Origin: Paragordius varius
Lineage: Eukaryota > Animalia > Nematomorpha
Reading direction: 5' to 3'
Length of the DNA stretch: 64,000 nt
Assembly (NCBI GenBank): GCA_964247055.1
Contig: OZ176050.1
Location: forward strand, 8,060,001 to 8,124,000
Shown piece after piece: positions 11,301 through 26,349 of the stretch. A program made the position numbers and the translations under genes. Below the pieces are notes generated by a model. The model saw only the letters and a program-made list of their open reading frames with translations. It was not told the origin of the DNA and searched no databases. Each line of letters opens with the position of its first letter. Positions within the stretch are counted from its first letter, which is position 1.

Positions 11301-13069
11301 GCATCCAAAATCATGATACCCTACTTATAATGTATTTTATCTGGATTTTTCTCTGAATATGAGCATTCTGTATAATATTATCTTAATTAAGTTTTTAAAG
11401 AGATCATTCTTAGGACAACTATCGTTGTAATTAAAAAAATTTGGACAATACTTCTGCATATTATTTACAAACGTTTTTTTATATAACCAGTTTTCCTTTG
11501 AAATGATGCTATATTTGGTTTGAAACTCGATGGATGCGTCAAATAAATTAAAATTTAAGAACAGCTTTGATCCGTTGAATTTCAAGCAGATTAAATATTT
11601 AAAGGCCCACATAATCCAACCTTTATCGTATATAAAAATTATGATTTGTTTGAAAATTAGGCTAAATAATTTTTTACAATATAATGCAATTTTTATGGAA
11701 ATATTTTTTTGATACTAAATATTTTCTAAAAACTTTAATTAAAACCCCAACCTGTCTGTTAGCTATATTGGTATAAAATGCGAAAATGTCGTATTCTTTA
11801 ACACCCTATACCAATTTTATAACTAACTATAGGGTGAAAAAAATTAAAAAATACTTTACTGTTGGCATCTTATTTATATATTTGGGCAATTATGTAGCTA
11901 TTTTCTTAGGAAATTATGATTCTAATAAGTAAAATACAAATTAAGATGAAATAGATTAATATATTAAATTATCAATAGTTATTGTTTTGGAGGTTAGTCA
12001 ATTTTATTTTAGGAAAATCATTAAAAAAATATTTATTTTTCACAAAATTCGAATTAGTTTAATTTTTTGACATAATAATGAAATAATATATTTTTACACC
12101 TAGCTAACCATTTTAATTATCACTATTGTTAAATTCACCTATGAAAAATAATTTATATTAAGAATTTGTTTATTTTAATTATTGGTGACTTTGGTAACAA
12201 ACCATATTTTATATTCTAATCAAGTGTTATGAGGGCATTAAACATAAACACTGAAGGTGAAATTGCCATTACAAGACATCAAACAAATGAAAACGGCCTA
12301 TATTTTATGGCATTAATAGCTAAAAAATAGGAACTCTACCACAAAAGCTTAGATCATGATAATAAGCGATTTTTCTTCGGGTGACTAATCTAGATGTTCA
12401 AGAAGTACAACTATAACTGATAAAAGAGGAATACATTAAATAGGTAAACCTCAAAATTATATATATTAAATACAATTCACTGGTCAAGTTTAGGTTCTGA
12501 TAAGAATACTATTTCACAGACTCATATATAGTACCTTAAACACTCAAATAGCAAATATAATGAATATGTGCAGATAAGAGAAGCAGTAACTAAAGCTAAA
12601 TTTATTGATCAAACTAAATTTCACAAAGGGAATGTTAAGTAAGCAATTTGTTGAAAGTATAATTATTAATTAAGAATAAAATTCGAAAAACGATGGAATG
12701 TTTGTGGTATTTTGAAGTATGTAGGCAAAATCCAATAAATTATTTAAATATATATAAATGTATATATTATTTCTACATTAATTAATGTCTAAAATTAGAT
12801 TAAGTTAAGTTAGTTCAATTTGGGTTATCACCGGTTAATATTCATCATACTTTTCTAATTATGTTAGGAATGTAGTAAGTAAATTAGTACAAGTTATAAA
12901 TATGATAATTTTGAAATCAATCAATAAAAAGTAAATATAATTAATAATAAGCAATTTAACCAAAATATGTAATGTCATAATTATTTGCAATATATAGAAA
13001 CAATGATAACTGGGATAAATGAATGGGGTGCTAAATAATGGTCCAATGGTAAAAAGAACATGGACTCTC

Positions 13070-16000
13070 TTAATGAGTAATGGTACGTTGGGTATGCGAT
13101 GCTTTTTCCTACAATACAATTAAATAGATTTATACATAAATATATTTAGTTTTTCTAAAGTTAATGTCAAAAGTTGTTACCATTATTTCAAACCCAACCC
13201 AATTTTTAGTTTTATATTATTTTTATTTAGAATCATATTTGGCCAAAATAACTGAATTTGTTTAAAAAGCCTGACGGGAAAATATATCAATTAAGCCAAC
13301 CATCTTATACTTAATAAAAGAGCTTAAACGATATGTTATTAAAATTGTTTAAAATTTAAAAAACCTCTCCATTTTGGTTAAGCAAAGTGGTGGTAACATT
13401 ACTACCAGTACCCCATGATCGGCGTTCGTGGAATTCCAAATTGTCAGGCTTCCCGTCGTAATAACCAGAAGCATAAATCTAAAGATTAAATATTACATTG
13501 AAATAATCATAAGATTATAAAAATTTATTAATTAGAAATCAATTTTAAAGAGTACATACTCTAATAGTTTTCGTAGGCTTAATGGTAAATTTAGGGAAGG
13601 TGAAAACAACCGAATCTCTATTATCAATGTTTCTACGTATTTGCCATCCATCCAAAACTTGGTCCTATATTTTTGGAAAAATAGATTTTTGAAATTATCA
13701 ATCGTAAAATAACAAGCTATAAATAATATAAATTATATTATATTGAAATAAAGGTTGAAAAATCTAAAATTTTAACTAAGTTAATTTTTCAAAATTTTTA
13801 AACCTTAAGTTTGCTTGTATTTTCCAAGGCAATAAATTGACCCTCAGGGTCTACTTCGGCAATGGTGAGGGGTCCTTTTGAAGTTCGTTGATAGGTGGTT
13901 TTGCTTGAAGATTCTCCTGGGAGGGCTTTGCTAAAATCGCCGCCACCAATGTAATCTCGGGTGCCGATCTGGCTAATGGCTTTACGCACGTGTTTGATCG
14001 ATTCAGGGGATAAGTTCAATCTTAAAAAAATTATATAATTAATCAATTTTGATGAATACACTCTGAAATAATTAAATGTCTATGGAAAATACAATTTTTT
14101 AAAAAAAAGTGCGATAAAAGTCTTTATGAGGACATATTAAATAATACACCAACCTATTTTCTTCACCCTCCAATAAACGACGGTAAGCTGCAATCTCAAG
14201 ATCCAAACGCAATTTGGTGTCCATAAGTTCACGCAATTCAAACAGTTGAGCTGCAATCTTCTCTTGCAATTCTTGCATTTCGAAATCGCGTTGAGCCAAT
14301 TGAGCTTCAAAGTCTGAATTTTCATTGGCTATGGCCCGTTCAAGTTCCATTATACGCTTCTCAAGAGCAGCATTGGCATTGCGCAATTCCACAATCTCGG
14401 TGCTAATTTCGGAGACACGGGATCTGGCTCTTTTGGCATCATCTTTTGCCGATTGCTCCTCAACGTTTTTCTTTTGGGTAATTTCCATAAATTCTTGGAT
14501 CTAGATGTGCCAAAAGAATGTTATGTAATGAATTAATTTTCGAATAATTGATATATATGCGATATTTTAAAATGAATAAAAGTTTATTTTTTTGCAAATT
14601 ATTTAATGAGATATAAATAAATTTAGTTTTTCAATAAACCTTGGCTTTATACCATCCCTCATTATCAGGGTACATCATTTTCGAAATGTTTTCATACTCA
14701 GTGCGGATATCCTTGATGGCCAAAGAAAGTTCGTTTTGGAAGATGCGTCTGAAATCACCGGAATCGTCACGACGTATGCCTTCCATCAATTCTTTTAGAG
14801 TCTAAAATTAAAATCAATCAAATAAATATAAATTAAAATATTTTTATATAAAACATAAAATATGATTGGTTTAGCAATAAACACTAGCCGTGTAACGGGT
14901 TCTTAAGAAGTTATGCATGGAAATGGATTTAGGGAATACACTTTATTTTTTATTATAAGTGTTTTCCAAAAAAATTTTCATAGTATTCTTTACTTAACGG
15001 TTAATTTTTAAATTTTAAGAGACCACCACAAATTAACCAATAAAATGAAAATGAAAAAGCTTACAGCAGAGTGCAATTGTTGTTGGAAATCTAAGTCCTC
15101 TTGCAAACTTTGCAATTTGTTCTCCAAATCAACGCGAATCAAGAGCTCATCCTCATTGTTAATCTTAGCGTTGGCCAATTCGTCCAACAAGCGTTCCAAT
15201 TCCCGTTTATAGCGATCAATATCATCGTTGGCTTGATCCAATTTCTTTTGCAGGTTGGCTAATTCACCATCCTTTTCAGACAACAACACTTCAAGTCTCA
15301 ACAATTTGTCGCGTTCGTTGTGATGGAGACGGGAAATTTCATCGTATCTATTATTATTATAGGCAAAAAAATTTAAAATATTTACAAGTTTTTACTAGTC
15401 TAAATACTCTCTAAAAATTGACACTAAAGTTAACTGTCTAAAAATATATTTATCTATATATAATGTAGATAACTTGTTATCACAACACAGGTTCAATTTT
15501 ATCAATTTAAATTATATGTTTAATATCTAGTTTTATTTTTAGATACATGAAACGATTTCGAAATTTCGCAAAACCAGATGATTAACGTCTAAAATTTGGT
15601 TATACAACTTTATATTAAATACTTTTAAAGCAATTATATAATTATATTTATATTTTATGTAAAAAACTTAGATATTTTTATATATATATATATATATATT
15701 TTCTGAGTAGCTTCAGGCCGAATATAAAAGATATAGTATAATACCTACCAAAAATTTACGTGTTATTAAAATTTGGCTAGCTCTGTAAAGGTAAATGTAC
15801 CTTTATAAAATTTTATTTAATGTATTTTTACATCCAAAAAACGTTAAATGTGATAGTATTCATTTCATGTAAAACAAAAAAATTATAAGCAGTTACCTGT
15901 TTGTTGCATATATAAATGAGCCTTTTTGAATTTCTTCGAAAATGAGTAATAACGAATGAATTGAAATGATGAAAATTAAAAAAAAATATAGTAAAATATA

Positions 16001-19000
16001 TTTTAGAAGCGATTTAACAAAATATATAAAGATTTAAAATATTAAGCAAACATCTTCTCCAATCGCCCCCTCCTGGGCCCCTGATAAATGCAAAATTAAA
16101 ATAATTTGCGCAGAAGAGTTATATAATTATTTTCTTATTCTTATAAATAAAAAAAGTTTTTTCCTTTGCAATAGACAATTTATTTTTTCATATATATGGT
16201 AACATGGAAGCATTTTTTCATATAGCAATCAAGGCCTTAACCTATTCAACTACTTATTTTTCTCTGGCTTTTTTTCAATCAAAATTTTTACCTTTTCTTT
16301 CTTTATAATAATAATAACGCATAAAATTGCATGACAATGCAATAATTTTTTTTCAAACTAATGAGAATTATACATGAGCACAGCATAGGTAATCAAAACC
16401 TGGAATCACATATATGTATGTAAATGGGACAATTATGTTTTAAAGGCAAAAATATAAACAACTACAATACTATATAGGTAGAATTTTCCTTGTGATCAGT
16501 TAGCATTAAAAAAATTGTTTATGAAATCACAGTAATTTCTGAACAAAGGGGGATTGAATTTCACAAGCTCTCAATAAAAATGTTACGTAATTACTTAATT
16601 ATTATATATGTTTGATTTTATAATATTTTTTCACACCATACCTATATTAAAAGAGGGAGATTGCATATATTTTTAATATAAAATTTTATAGGTAAAAAAT
16701 GGTGTTTTAATTATATTATTATATAGGTAATGTGACCTATTTTTAATGCATCAAACAATTAAAGCACATAAAAAGAATTTTTTGTAAGGCTAACAATTTC
16801 ATACATGTCTGAGATAAAATTTAAGAAAATCTCAATTTTAGCGGGTAAAAATTAAATTAATTGTTTTTTAAGTATTTCGATTGATTAAATCAACTAAACC
16901 ATATATATTGGCAACATCGATATTGTATTTATTAAATCATTATTACCTATCTTATATTAATATTACTATGATTAAACACAATATTATGTATGATTAATCA
17001 TAGATTTGGAGCAAACACCTATTTATAATTTTGCGCAAATAATTTTTTATTCTTATTTTCCTCTTATTATACGTTACTAAATAAAATTTATTCGATTCTA
17101 CCTTATATATATATATATAAAATTGCAAATAAAAAGCATATCTGTCCTTGCCAAAATCGCTTGTATATTTGATTCGTTTTATTTTCGCGATAAAAAATTA
17201 TTTTTGCAAATAACAAATTTTATTTTGGCAATATTGATTGACAGAAAAAAAAAGGTTGGGAAAATTTAGCTTACACGAGAAGAATATTTGAGTTATTAGG
17301 ATTAGGAAATCGTATATGACCACAGTCGTTAATATCATAAAATAAAATCGATATTGTGTAGTTACTTTGTAAAAATGGCTAGCTGCCAACTGTAAAAATT
17401 AATTTTTTATACTGTGCGTAGCAGTAAAAATTTGTCGTTTTCTATACTAGTTTATTGTCCAATTAGTATGCGTGTTTTAAAAACTTTTTTATTATTCTAT
17501 TATTCATTTATCGTAAATTTTGATGAAAAAGGTCATTTTTGTTATGGAGACTGGTTAGAGAGGACATTTTAACATTCAAACAAAAAAAAATAAACGTTAA
17601 ATAACAAAATTACGATTTTGGACACGAGATAATCCAAGGTTATAAAAAAAGAAATTTGACTATTATATTAAAACTAACTGTTTTCAAAGCAATTTAAATC
17701 ATTATTTATTATTTTTTATTTCTTAAATATATATAATGAACATAGTTACAAATATTTTGGTTTAATATTGATGGTAAATAAAACAAAGGAAATGGCCTTG
17801 AATATGCATATATGTGCATGATTTATTATTGATAAAATTAAAAAGATAAATTTACCAATAAATGAGGCACTAATAATTTGCCGTCGCAAATATTAATACC
17901 AAAAAATCTACACTATTTTAATTTTTATAAATTATGGTCACAAAAAGTAAAAAATCTATATTTAGTTATTGGTGTATGTCTCGACAAAAAACATAATTGT
18001 TTGCTTAGGTGGTTTGGAGTTATCTTTGCCAAATAGTCTGTTATTTTTAATTGAGAAAAAATCTTATAGGGTTAAATTGATAGGTCAACATTATTACAAA
18101 TCTTAAATTAAACTGTTAATATAGGTAATTTAAAAAATTTAATTCAAACGAAAATTAACATTAAAATAAATTAATAGAATTAGGAAAATAAAACCATATA
18201 AGTCTTACTTTGTACGATATTCATCAATGTCATCCTCCAAACGATTGCAACGGACTTCGAGGCGGGCCTTATCCCTTGAGGTATCATCCAGCTCACGTCT
18301 AGCGTCACGCAATTCACTTTCAAATTGGGCCCGGACCGAACTCACAATGCGAATGAGTTCATTCTTGATGGCAACAATTTCTTCAATAAGTTCACTGTGT
18401 TGCTTTTCAAGTCTACGGACACGTTCAATGTAAGAAGCGAATCGTTCATTCAAATCTTGCAATTCCTTCTTTTCCTTTTCACGGTAAGCTATGGTGGCTT
18501 TGGGACTAGCGGCAAAACTTGCATCGCCAAAACCGGCAGATCCACCTCCTATTCCCGAAGCATAACTGGAAGAACCATAGGAAGCTCCTCCGCCCCCACC
18601 TCCTCCGGCCGTTCGGGTCGTAGTGATCGTTTTCTTAATTATGGTCGAACTTGACATGGGTGAGCCTTTTTCTTCGCTGTTACTACTGTTTATGTTATGA
18701 GCGTAATAATCTACTAGAGGTTTGTCTCCTTCAACAGTGAGTGGTGCAACACTTTTAGCTACAAACGGTGGGGATGAAACTATCGGTGATTTTTTGTTCG
18801 AGTCCTCTTTCTCTGAGGTGTTATTGTTATTATTACTGTGACTAGAGGATGAAACAGAACCGCTTAAACGTTTCTTGATTTGTTGCAAAAATGAGGGCGA
18901 AGATGTGTCTTTTTCGCGTTCAGTCAAATAGGCAGAAGTAGATTTTTGTTCAGAGGGTGGAGTTGATGATTGATGTGTTTCGGCAGATAAATTTTCGTCG

Positions 19001-19781
19001 TTGTTTAAATTATTGTTATTGGCAAAAGCAGTTGTAGTAGTGTAAACGGGAGAAGAAAGATCGTTTATTAATGTAACGTCTCTCCTTTCACCTGTATTTA
19101 TACCATTTCCATTATTTTTGTTTTTGTTGTTTTTTTCGTTATTATTTATATTATTTTCTATATTTGCCTCCTTTTTCGTATTTTGTATTACTTTTTCATC
19201 CTCCTCCTTATTATATTTCTTTGTTTGTTGTTTACTTTCGTGTTCGCTATTTGCGTTAAGGAGTGTAACACTTTGTTTTGTCGCAATCATAGTACCATCC
19301 GCGACAGTGTCACCCCCCAAACGTTTCTTATCGGTTTCTCCGCTGCCTTCCTTTTGAAATAAATCGCCACCGTTGTTTGTGGATGACATTATTATTGTAT
19401 CTTTGGGATTTGGAAACGATTCTTTTTTATTTTTGTTATTATTATAAGTTTTAGCAGCTTTATTAACACTACTATTATTCAAATGATGATTATTATTTGG
19501 AGTTTGTTGTTCACTTGCTGAAATATTATTGCTAATGTTTGCACTGGGTTGTGTAGTTTTCTTATTTTTGTTAATTTGCCTAAGCGGAGTGGTAACTTTC
19601 CCTTCACTTATTAGTTTATCGACTTTTCCGTTAACTTCTGTTTTTTCGTTACTTAGAAAAGTATTTTTGGATTTGTAGCTGTTTGTGGATTGCTTTAATG
19701 TTTTCTACAAATATGATATAAATATTATAAGGGTGAAATATTTAAGTTATAAGAGATATATATATACTATTAACGTACCAT
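13070..19781 (-). CDS. Cytoplasmic intermediate filament protein of protostome type (long coil 1b, lamin-tail domain, no CaaX), with a ~350-aa extra N-terminal segment
   Basis: Exons 19781-19779 (ATG|GT), 19704-18209, 15347-15065, 14801-14640, 14500-14154, 14020-13804, 13664-13560, 13478-13365, 13108-13070; 921 aa. Motifs EKKELQDLNERFASYIERVR, LDLEIAAYRRLLEGEENR, YQRTSKGPLTIAEVDPEGQFIALENTS, SWGTGSNVTTTLLNQNGEEKASHTQRT. No NLS or CaaX box seen. An internal Met at 18657 would give a typical-size 571-aa form. Confidence 0.9.
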
Positions 19782-21599
19782 TTTGATCGATTTTTAATGA
19801 TGGGTAGGGCAATTATATTTATATCAAATTAGATAAAAATATCTTTTAATTATAGGGCTTAGCTAATTTTAACTAAACAGGTATTACAGAAGATATAGTA
19901 TATTTACAAAAGGAGAAATGTTAAAAAAAGTATTTTTCATCCTTTGCCCATTGTTTTAGGTGTTAACTTAGACTTTGACACCTAAATTTTTATAATTTAT
20001 ATATATTTGTATGTAATTATTCATCAAAACAATATCAAATTGTCGCCAGTAAAATTTTGTGATGCACACAAAAAAATTCTTAGAAATTTGGTTTAAATAA
20101 ATAATTTCTTCTTAAGGCATTTTGGCTATCATTCTGCAATTGTTTTTATTATGTAAAAACGTTTTTTTGTCACATACGATTTCATCGTATATTTTATATA
20201 TTTATCCTTCAAAATACTCTTACTTTCTATTTTGTAGATCATTATTTAATAATACATACTTTTTTGTTATTTAAAAAAATTTATTTGCTGAATATTAAAG
20301 AATAAATTAGCCTTCGAAATAACATTACAAAATAAATATTTTAGCCATCACAAAATTTTTTTATCAAGGTAAAATTAGACTTGTGCGAAAAAGTAAAACT
20401 ATAAAATATTTTTTTAATATCCTTTTTAGACGACGAAATTTAATTATATGCCATAAAAAAACAGGTAGCCAATTTACTTTCACCATTAAACGAAAGCCAT
20501 TTTCATATCATTTTCATGAGTAATGTAATAAAAATTTCTCTTTTATATATATAATTAATATTACGTTTGTTATTAAAAGTATCCCAATTTTTTTTGTAAC
20601 CAATATTATAAATTTTTATAAGGATGTCTGAATTTAACAAATATTCATATTGCATTAAATAACCCTTTTTTGTGCCCTTTTTTGAGTTTTTAGCCGTTTT
20701 TATCCCATCTTGTGTAAAATAAACTCTTGTAACTTTTTTAAATAATATCTGCGACATTCAAACAAATGAAAAGCATTTTTAAAATATTAACTAAAATCGG
20801 AAAGGAGAAAAATGATTTTATAAAACATATGTGATAAATATAATTTTTACCAGACCATAAAACATCATTTTTAGAAGTATTTAATGATTTTAAATATTTA
20901 TTAAAAATTATCAAGTTTTCAGCGTCAAGCTGCTTTCGCTCTTATATTAAATTGGGGCCGGGTTTTTTTGGGCTTACTGATGCTTAGCGATGATAGTTGA
21001 ACAAAATATTCAAATTTGTAATATGACTATTTTTAATACTTTCTTTGTGCGCTCTACCGCATAAAAGTTGAATGTATTAAAATGAAATGTTGCTATCTAT
21101 ATCCTTCTGGCTTTTTGTTAGATAAAATTGTCCAAAAATAAAGACAATTCAATAATAGAAAATAAATAAATTTCCCTTAAGTGATACAAATATAGATTAT
21201 GAATAACACTAGTCGACAAATTTGGACATTTTTGAGCACCACCACTCAAACTTTTAAATTATGACTAATTTCAGTGTTTTAAAACCGAATGTGAAAAATT
21301 TATTGATCCCGCCAATCAGAATTTTGAAATATTATAGGTTTTTTAATTTTTCAAAAACAAGAGAAAATCGAGAGAAAATTAAATATAACTTTATAATAAA
21401 ATGTTATTATATTATAAACTTAATATCATTTATTAAAGCGTTTTAAACTCTATCATTTGAATATAAATATGTCATTTAAATATCAGAGAAAATAAATAGT
21501 ACGGACTTAAACGTCAAAATTTAATCTTTTTCTTTCAAGTGAATTTTTAATACGTATAAAAAAATTTTAAAAAATACTAAAAAGGCATTCTATGGTTTA

Positions 21600-22200
21600 A
21601 ACCTTCGGCTTTCAGATAGGCTATATTTTTTTGTTAGTTTTCGTTCTTTCGAGTACTTATTAGGCTTTTTTTCTTGAGTTGGTTTACAAAAAATCCTTTA
21701 TTTATACCTAGTGGATATGCTTTATTTTTTAAAATTATTAGTTGTTTTGTATTTTTAATTTCAGATGGTTGTTGTGTAACCACTTTTAGTAGAATTTACT
21801 ATTATGGGATTGGACCATTTGTATTTACCTAATCTTTTTATTCAATTTAATTGAAGAATTTATCTAACTTTATTCTGTGAATTGGTTAATTTGACATGTC
21901 AATTTGCCTGGATTTTGCTTGCAAGTCTCTTTCTTATCGGGCTTTACGATTACTTATTGTTATCTTTGCCATATCTGGCATAATTGGATCGCTTGGGGGA
22001 TATGCAGAGCTTGTGCAGCCGCCCGGATCTATCACACTATACATAAGCCCCTTTTAGATTTTTAATACTTTGGCTCTTAGCTTGTTTAGTATCTTATCTA
22101 ATGCCTAGAATTTTGTTATTCATGCATGGAATAATTCTTGTATCGACTTGTTCGTTTGAATATTTAAACATATGTACACGAGGAATGATTGTTATTTTTA
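21600..22200 (-). pseudogene. Possible decayed gag-like retroelement fragment
   Basis: One stop-riddled, K/S-rich frame contains V*CDRSGRLHKLC, a degenerate zinc-knuckle-like word; locally higher GC than the flanks. Confidence 0.25.
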
Positions 22201-24929
22201 AATTAAATACAAATTTAAAAATTAAATTTCGGAAAAATCCTATTGGTGGCCTCAATTTTTTTTTTGTTTTGGCCTTTCCATGCCATTAGGTATCAGAAAA
22301 TGCAAAAATAATGGGGTGGTGCAAAACCTTGTGAGCAGTGTAATCTTTATAAACATCCCTGATTTAGAAATCTAAATTTGGCCCCATTTTTATGGCGTCC
22401 TAGGTCTCCGCTTTATTAGTACTAGTTTTGGCCTACATTATATTTTGTAAAATTTTCTATGATGTTTTAACGGAAGAGGCAAACTCACTTAAATATAGAT
22501 TAAACTGTATGAATGATTTGTAGAAATCACTTGCCCTTTTTAAATGCGGTCAATGGAGCCTAAAAGATAGGAATTATAGTGTTTATAACACTGGACAACA
22601 AATTTTAACTTTTTTTAACTGCCATTCTTGTAAATTTAAAATTTATTTCATTAAAGTACATAATTAGTATATCTGAAAAGAAAATTGGTCCTACATGAAA
22701 GAATTTTTTTATATTAGAGTTTATCGATAATTTTTGGCCCCGATTTAACATTAAACTCGAAATTTCATAAATTTAAAGTTTTAGATATGAAGCCATGTAT
22801 TTTATATCATTCGAAAGAGCGCAAAAAACTGCATCTTTTAAATGGTAGTAAGTCAATTAAATCCATCGGATGTAAAAGTTATTTGGATTTAAATGGTCAA
22901 AATTTTCAACCCTTAAATAAGTCAGGAATTTTCACAGACAAACTAATTTTTAAATCATTTAAATTATTTTAATATTATTATTAGGGTTATATTAGTATTT
23001 AATTTAAAAAAAATGTTTGGAAAAGCTTTTGGTTTGCTTTTTTAATAAAAATTATAATTATCATAAATATTTTACCTAGTGGATACTAAAATGCATAGTT
23101 ATAACTGTAAATTTATTACATAATGGCTATAAAAGATCAAAAATACCTTAAACTTTGTTTTTATTTTTAAATTTTCGAAATTATCAGCCTTGTATAGAAA
23201 ATAAATTAATATTGATGAGATGGTAGTTTTTAAAAAACAAAAAACTTAAAAATGGCTGTTTTGAGTAACATAAAAGCAATAAAAAATGTTTTAATCAAAA
23301 AAAACTTTCTTGTGTTATCTTTTTTGGACATTCATCTCCATCTAAACAAAGTTTGAGCTATTTTCATCTATTAGTTTTAAAAATATTATAATTAAAAAAA
23401 ATGCTCTCGCTTCGCGCGTTTGTCGCTCTTTGTGTCCAATATTAACTGTCGATGTAATACATATTAGTATACATTTTATAGAGTTTTTAATACTCTTTCG
23501 AATGATATATTACAAATGGGCATTACTTGTATACTTTCAAAGAAAAACATTTTTTAGTAAAATTTTGATAAAGAGGGCGCATAATCTAAAAAATCAAATT
23601 ATACAAAATTCTTCCAACGAGTTATAATTTTTATTTCAGATTTACTGTTAAAATGATATTAAATATCAAAAAATGCAAAAAACTCGAGTGGAGAAAAAAT
23701 TTGTTGTCTAGTGTAATGCAAATCACACGGTAATGTTTACCGATTCTCAAACTGGACTGTGAGATAAAATTGCAACATTTAGCGCCATATGTCTAAGGTA
23801 CGGACTCTCAAATTTAAAATTTCTCGCCCCTGCACAATTTAAGACCATATACGGTTAAAATATGATAAAATTGTGATCTATTTATTATGTTTAAAAATCA
23901 TGCTATAGCGTCTTAATTAAGAGACCTTAGCTCAAAATTTGGAAAATTCATGACATCTTGCAAACACGAAAATACGCTTAGCTAAAGTATTGATTTTTCA
24001 AATATGATAGATTGTAGGTTGGACATGGAGGATGGAGGATGAAAAATTTTCAACATTTAAATTGCTTCGTTGAAATTTGGATGTAATATGGAATAAAGTT
24101 ACAAACAAATATATTATTAGCATAAAGTTCCCCATTATCACTGATAGGGCATTGTGCTAAAAAATTTATATATATTTAAAACAAGACAACTAGATAATGT
24201 TTGGTAAGTAAATGGTTCAGAAAGCGTGATCGTAGACTTTTCTTCATTTTACGGTCTTATGTTAATGGCAGAATACAATAATGATAGCAAAAAATTTTTT
24301 TAACCCAGATAAAAGCCAACCATAAGCAATCATACAAAGAGTCATGTTAATATTCGCATTTTTTCGCGTCTTACCTGAATGCTAAATATTTTATAAAAAG
24401 GGTTTTAACCATGTATAAAAATTTGTTTTCACCTAATTGACCGGTTTTAAACATCTCCTCGTTATAACAAATATATTAAAAGTCAGTCATTATTATACAA
24501 CGAATGAAAAAATGACCTATAACACTATATTAATTTAGACGGTTTGATGTGATATATAAATGGCCTATCCAAATCACGCAAACGAAGGGGTATTAGATTA
24601 TTGATATTTTACAATGAAAGATATTCCAATTTGAAACAGCGTAGTAAAATAATCCGTACAAATAGCAAATCAGCTTGTAATTAAAATTAACAAAAATACT
24701 GCTTGAAAATTAAATTTGTTCACATTAGATAATGTACATAGTTGCCGAAGTATTATTAATGTTCATAAATATAGATACCGAATAACAAGTTAGTATTTAC
24801 CAAGTGTATTCATAATTTACCCGTTTGAGAGGACGTCAGCGGAAAGTCAGACGATTAATTTTATAGTGACCCATTATATCATCTAATATTAACCTCAAAC
24901 ACCCACAATTTTAGTTCGTCCAAAACTAA

Positions 24930-25730
24930 TGTCTTGCTAATAATCGCGTCATATTTTGTAATTGCGTTACGCAGTGCCATCAGAAAAAAGGATGTCAAGT
25001 TATCGTTTGGAAAAAACATATGGTCAAGAATCCTATCGATCACATGTGAAACTTTGTTTTGGAATATTATGATTACATGTGAAAGAGCGTGCGCATTGGT
25101 AGACCGCACTAATACTAAAGCCATCAAAGAGTTATTGGATGTTCATTCAACTCTAACTCAACGGCAATAGACAGAAGCATCATATGTATAAAAAACAATC
25201 AATAGTCCCAGCAATGGGCGAGGCGAATAAATAAGGTAAATGGGTTGCACACAATTTGAATGATTGTCAAATCAAAAATTGCATGACTAGGGATCCTGCC
25301 TCAACGTAACAAAAAAAATCATTTTTGCATCGAATTGGGACGAGTCATCAGAAATGGCTCAATATCGTGGCTTTCTTCTTCAAATCGGTCCATCAACACC
25401 AATGCCAAATCGCTTAGGCACAAAACCATGTTGTGACTGGTGGTACTAAAGCGGTAAGAACTTTTCCTCGTGAAATTGTTAATACACAACAATATCGCTA
25501 ACAAATACCCAATTAAAACCATGCCTTGATCTAACAACTGTAATAATCCAGAAAACATGGCAAATTGATTTTGTTTGACAATGCTTCGTCTAATGAACAT
25601 ATTGAAAGACATCTTAAAATCGCTTTGGGATATTTTACCGCATTGGCTGAATTCTTCTGACCTGGAGTTATCTGATTAATACGACTTTGCATCAATGGTT
25701 CATACCCTCTTAGAACCGCACATAAATAAT
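24930..25730 (+). pseudogene. Decayed mariner (Tc1/mariner) transposase; boundaries approximate
   Basis: Broken frames give KELLDVHSTLTQRQ, GKWVAHNL, SFLHRIGT..QKW and KLILFDNA, in the order expected for a mariner transposase. Confidence 0.7.
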
Positions 25731-26349
25731 TTTAAAACAATCGGTTTAAAATTACAAGTCGGTTTTAATTTTTGGTTTGTGTTTCAAACAGGTAATTCTG
25801 AAGGCTGATAAATTGTTATTCTATAACTTTCACAACGTTATTAAAAACCGAAAAAGGGAAAAGTAATTTTTCATAATAATACTTTTTGGGTAGGTTCTTA
25901 ATACGAATGCAAATAGAACATTTTAAAAAATATTTTATAATTTAAATTAATTTTGTTCTGTAGACATATATTTTAAAAAGTAAATTTATTTTAAATAATC
26001 ATATCATGGTAAATATTAAGGTAATTATGGTTTGGTATATTTGAAAAACAGTTTTACTAATTAAATGATGGATCTTTTAAAATTTAAAAAATATGTAGTC
26101 CCCCGCCTAAAAACCAATGCAAAAAATAATATTGGAAGTTGATACCAGTATTATGCAAAAAGTATATTCAGATGAAAGGTTAGAATTTAATTCTATATTC
26201 GTGAAATAAGGGACTATAAAATTTTTAAACTTTTAACAACCGTTATGGAGATTTTGTTCCATTGTGTTAAAACTAAAAGTTTTATTGTTCAATGCATCAT
26301 TTTTTATTTTTGTCCAAAAAACTCACATAGGTTTTCAAAATAAAATTAT

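Noticed and set aside
12240-12420. HQTNENGLYF word resembling an RTE endonuclease segment
   Set aside because: A single weak motif in broken frames is not enough to call.
14884-14900. Helitron-like 3' end (CCGT-TAC-ACGG-CTAG on the minus strand) in an IF intron
   Set aside because: Too short, with no identifiable 5' TC end or second copy in the window.
18227-19357. Plus-strand ORFs 18227-18433, 18325-18654 and 19118-19357
   Set aside because: Antisense shadows of the IF coding exon, with no independent motifs.
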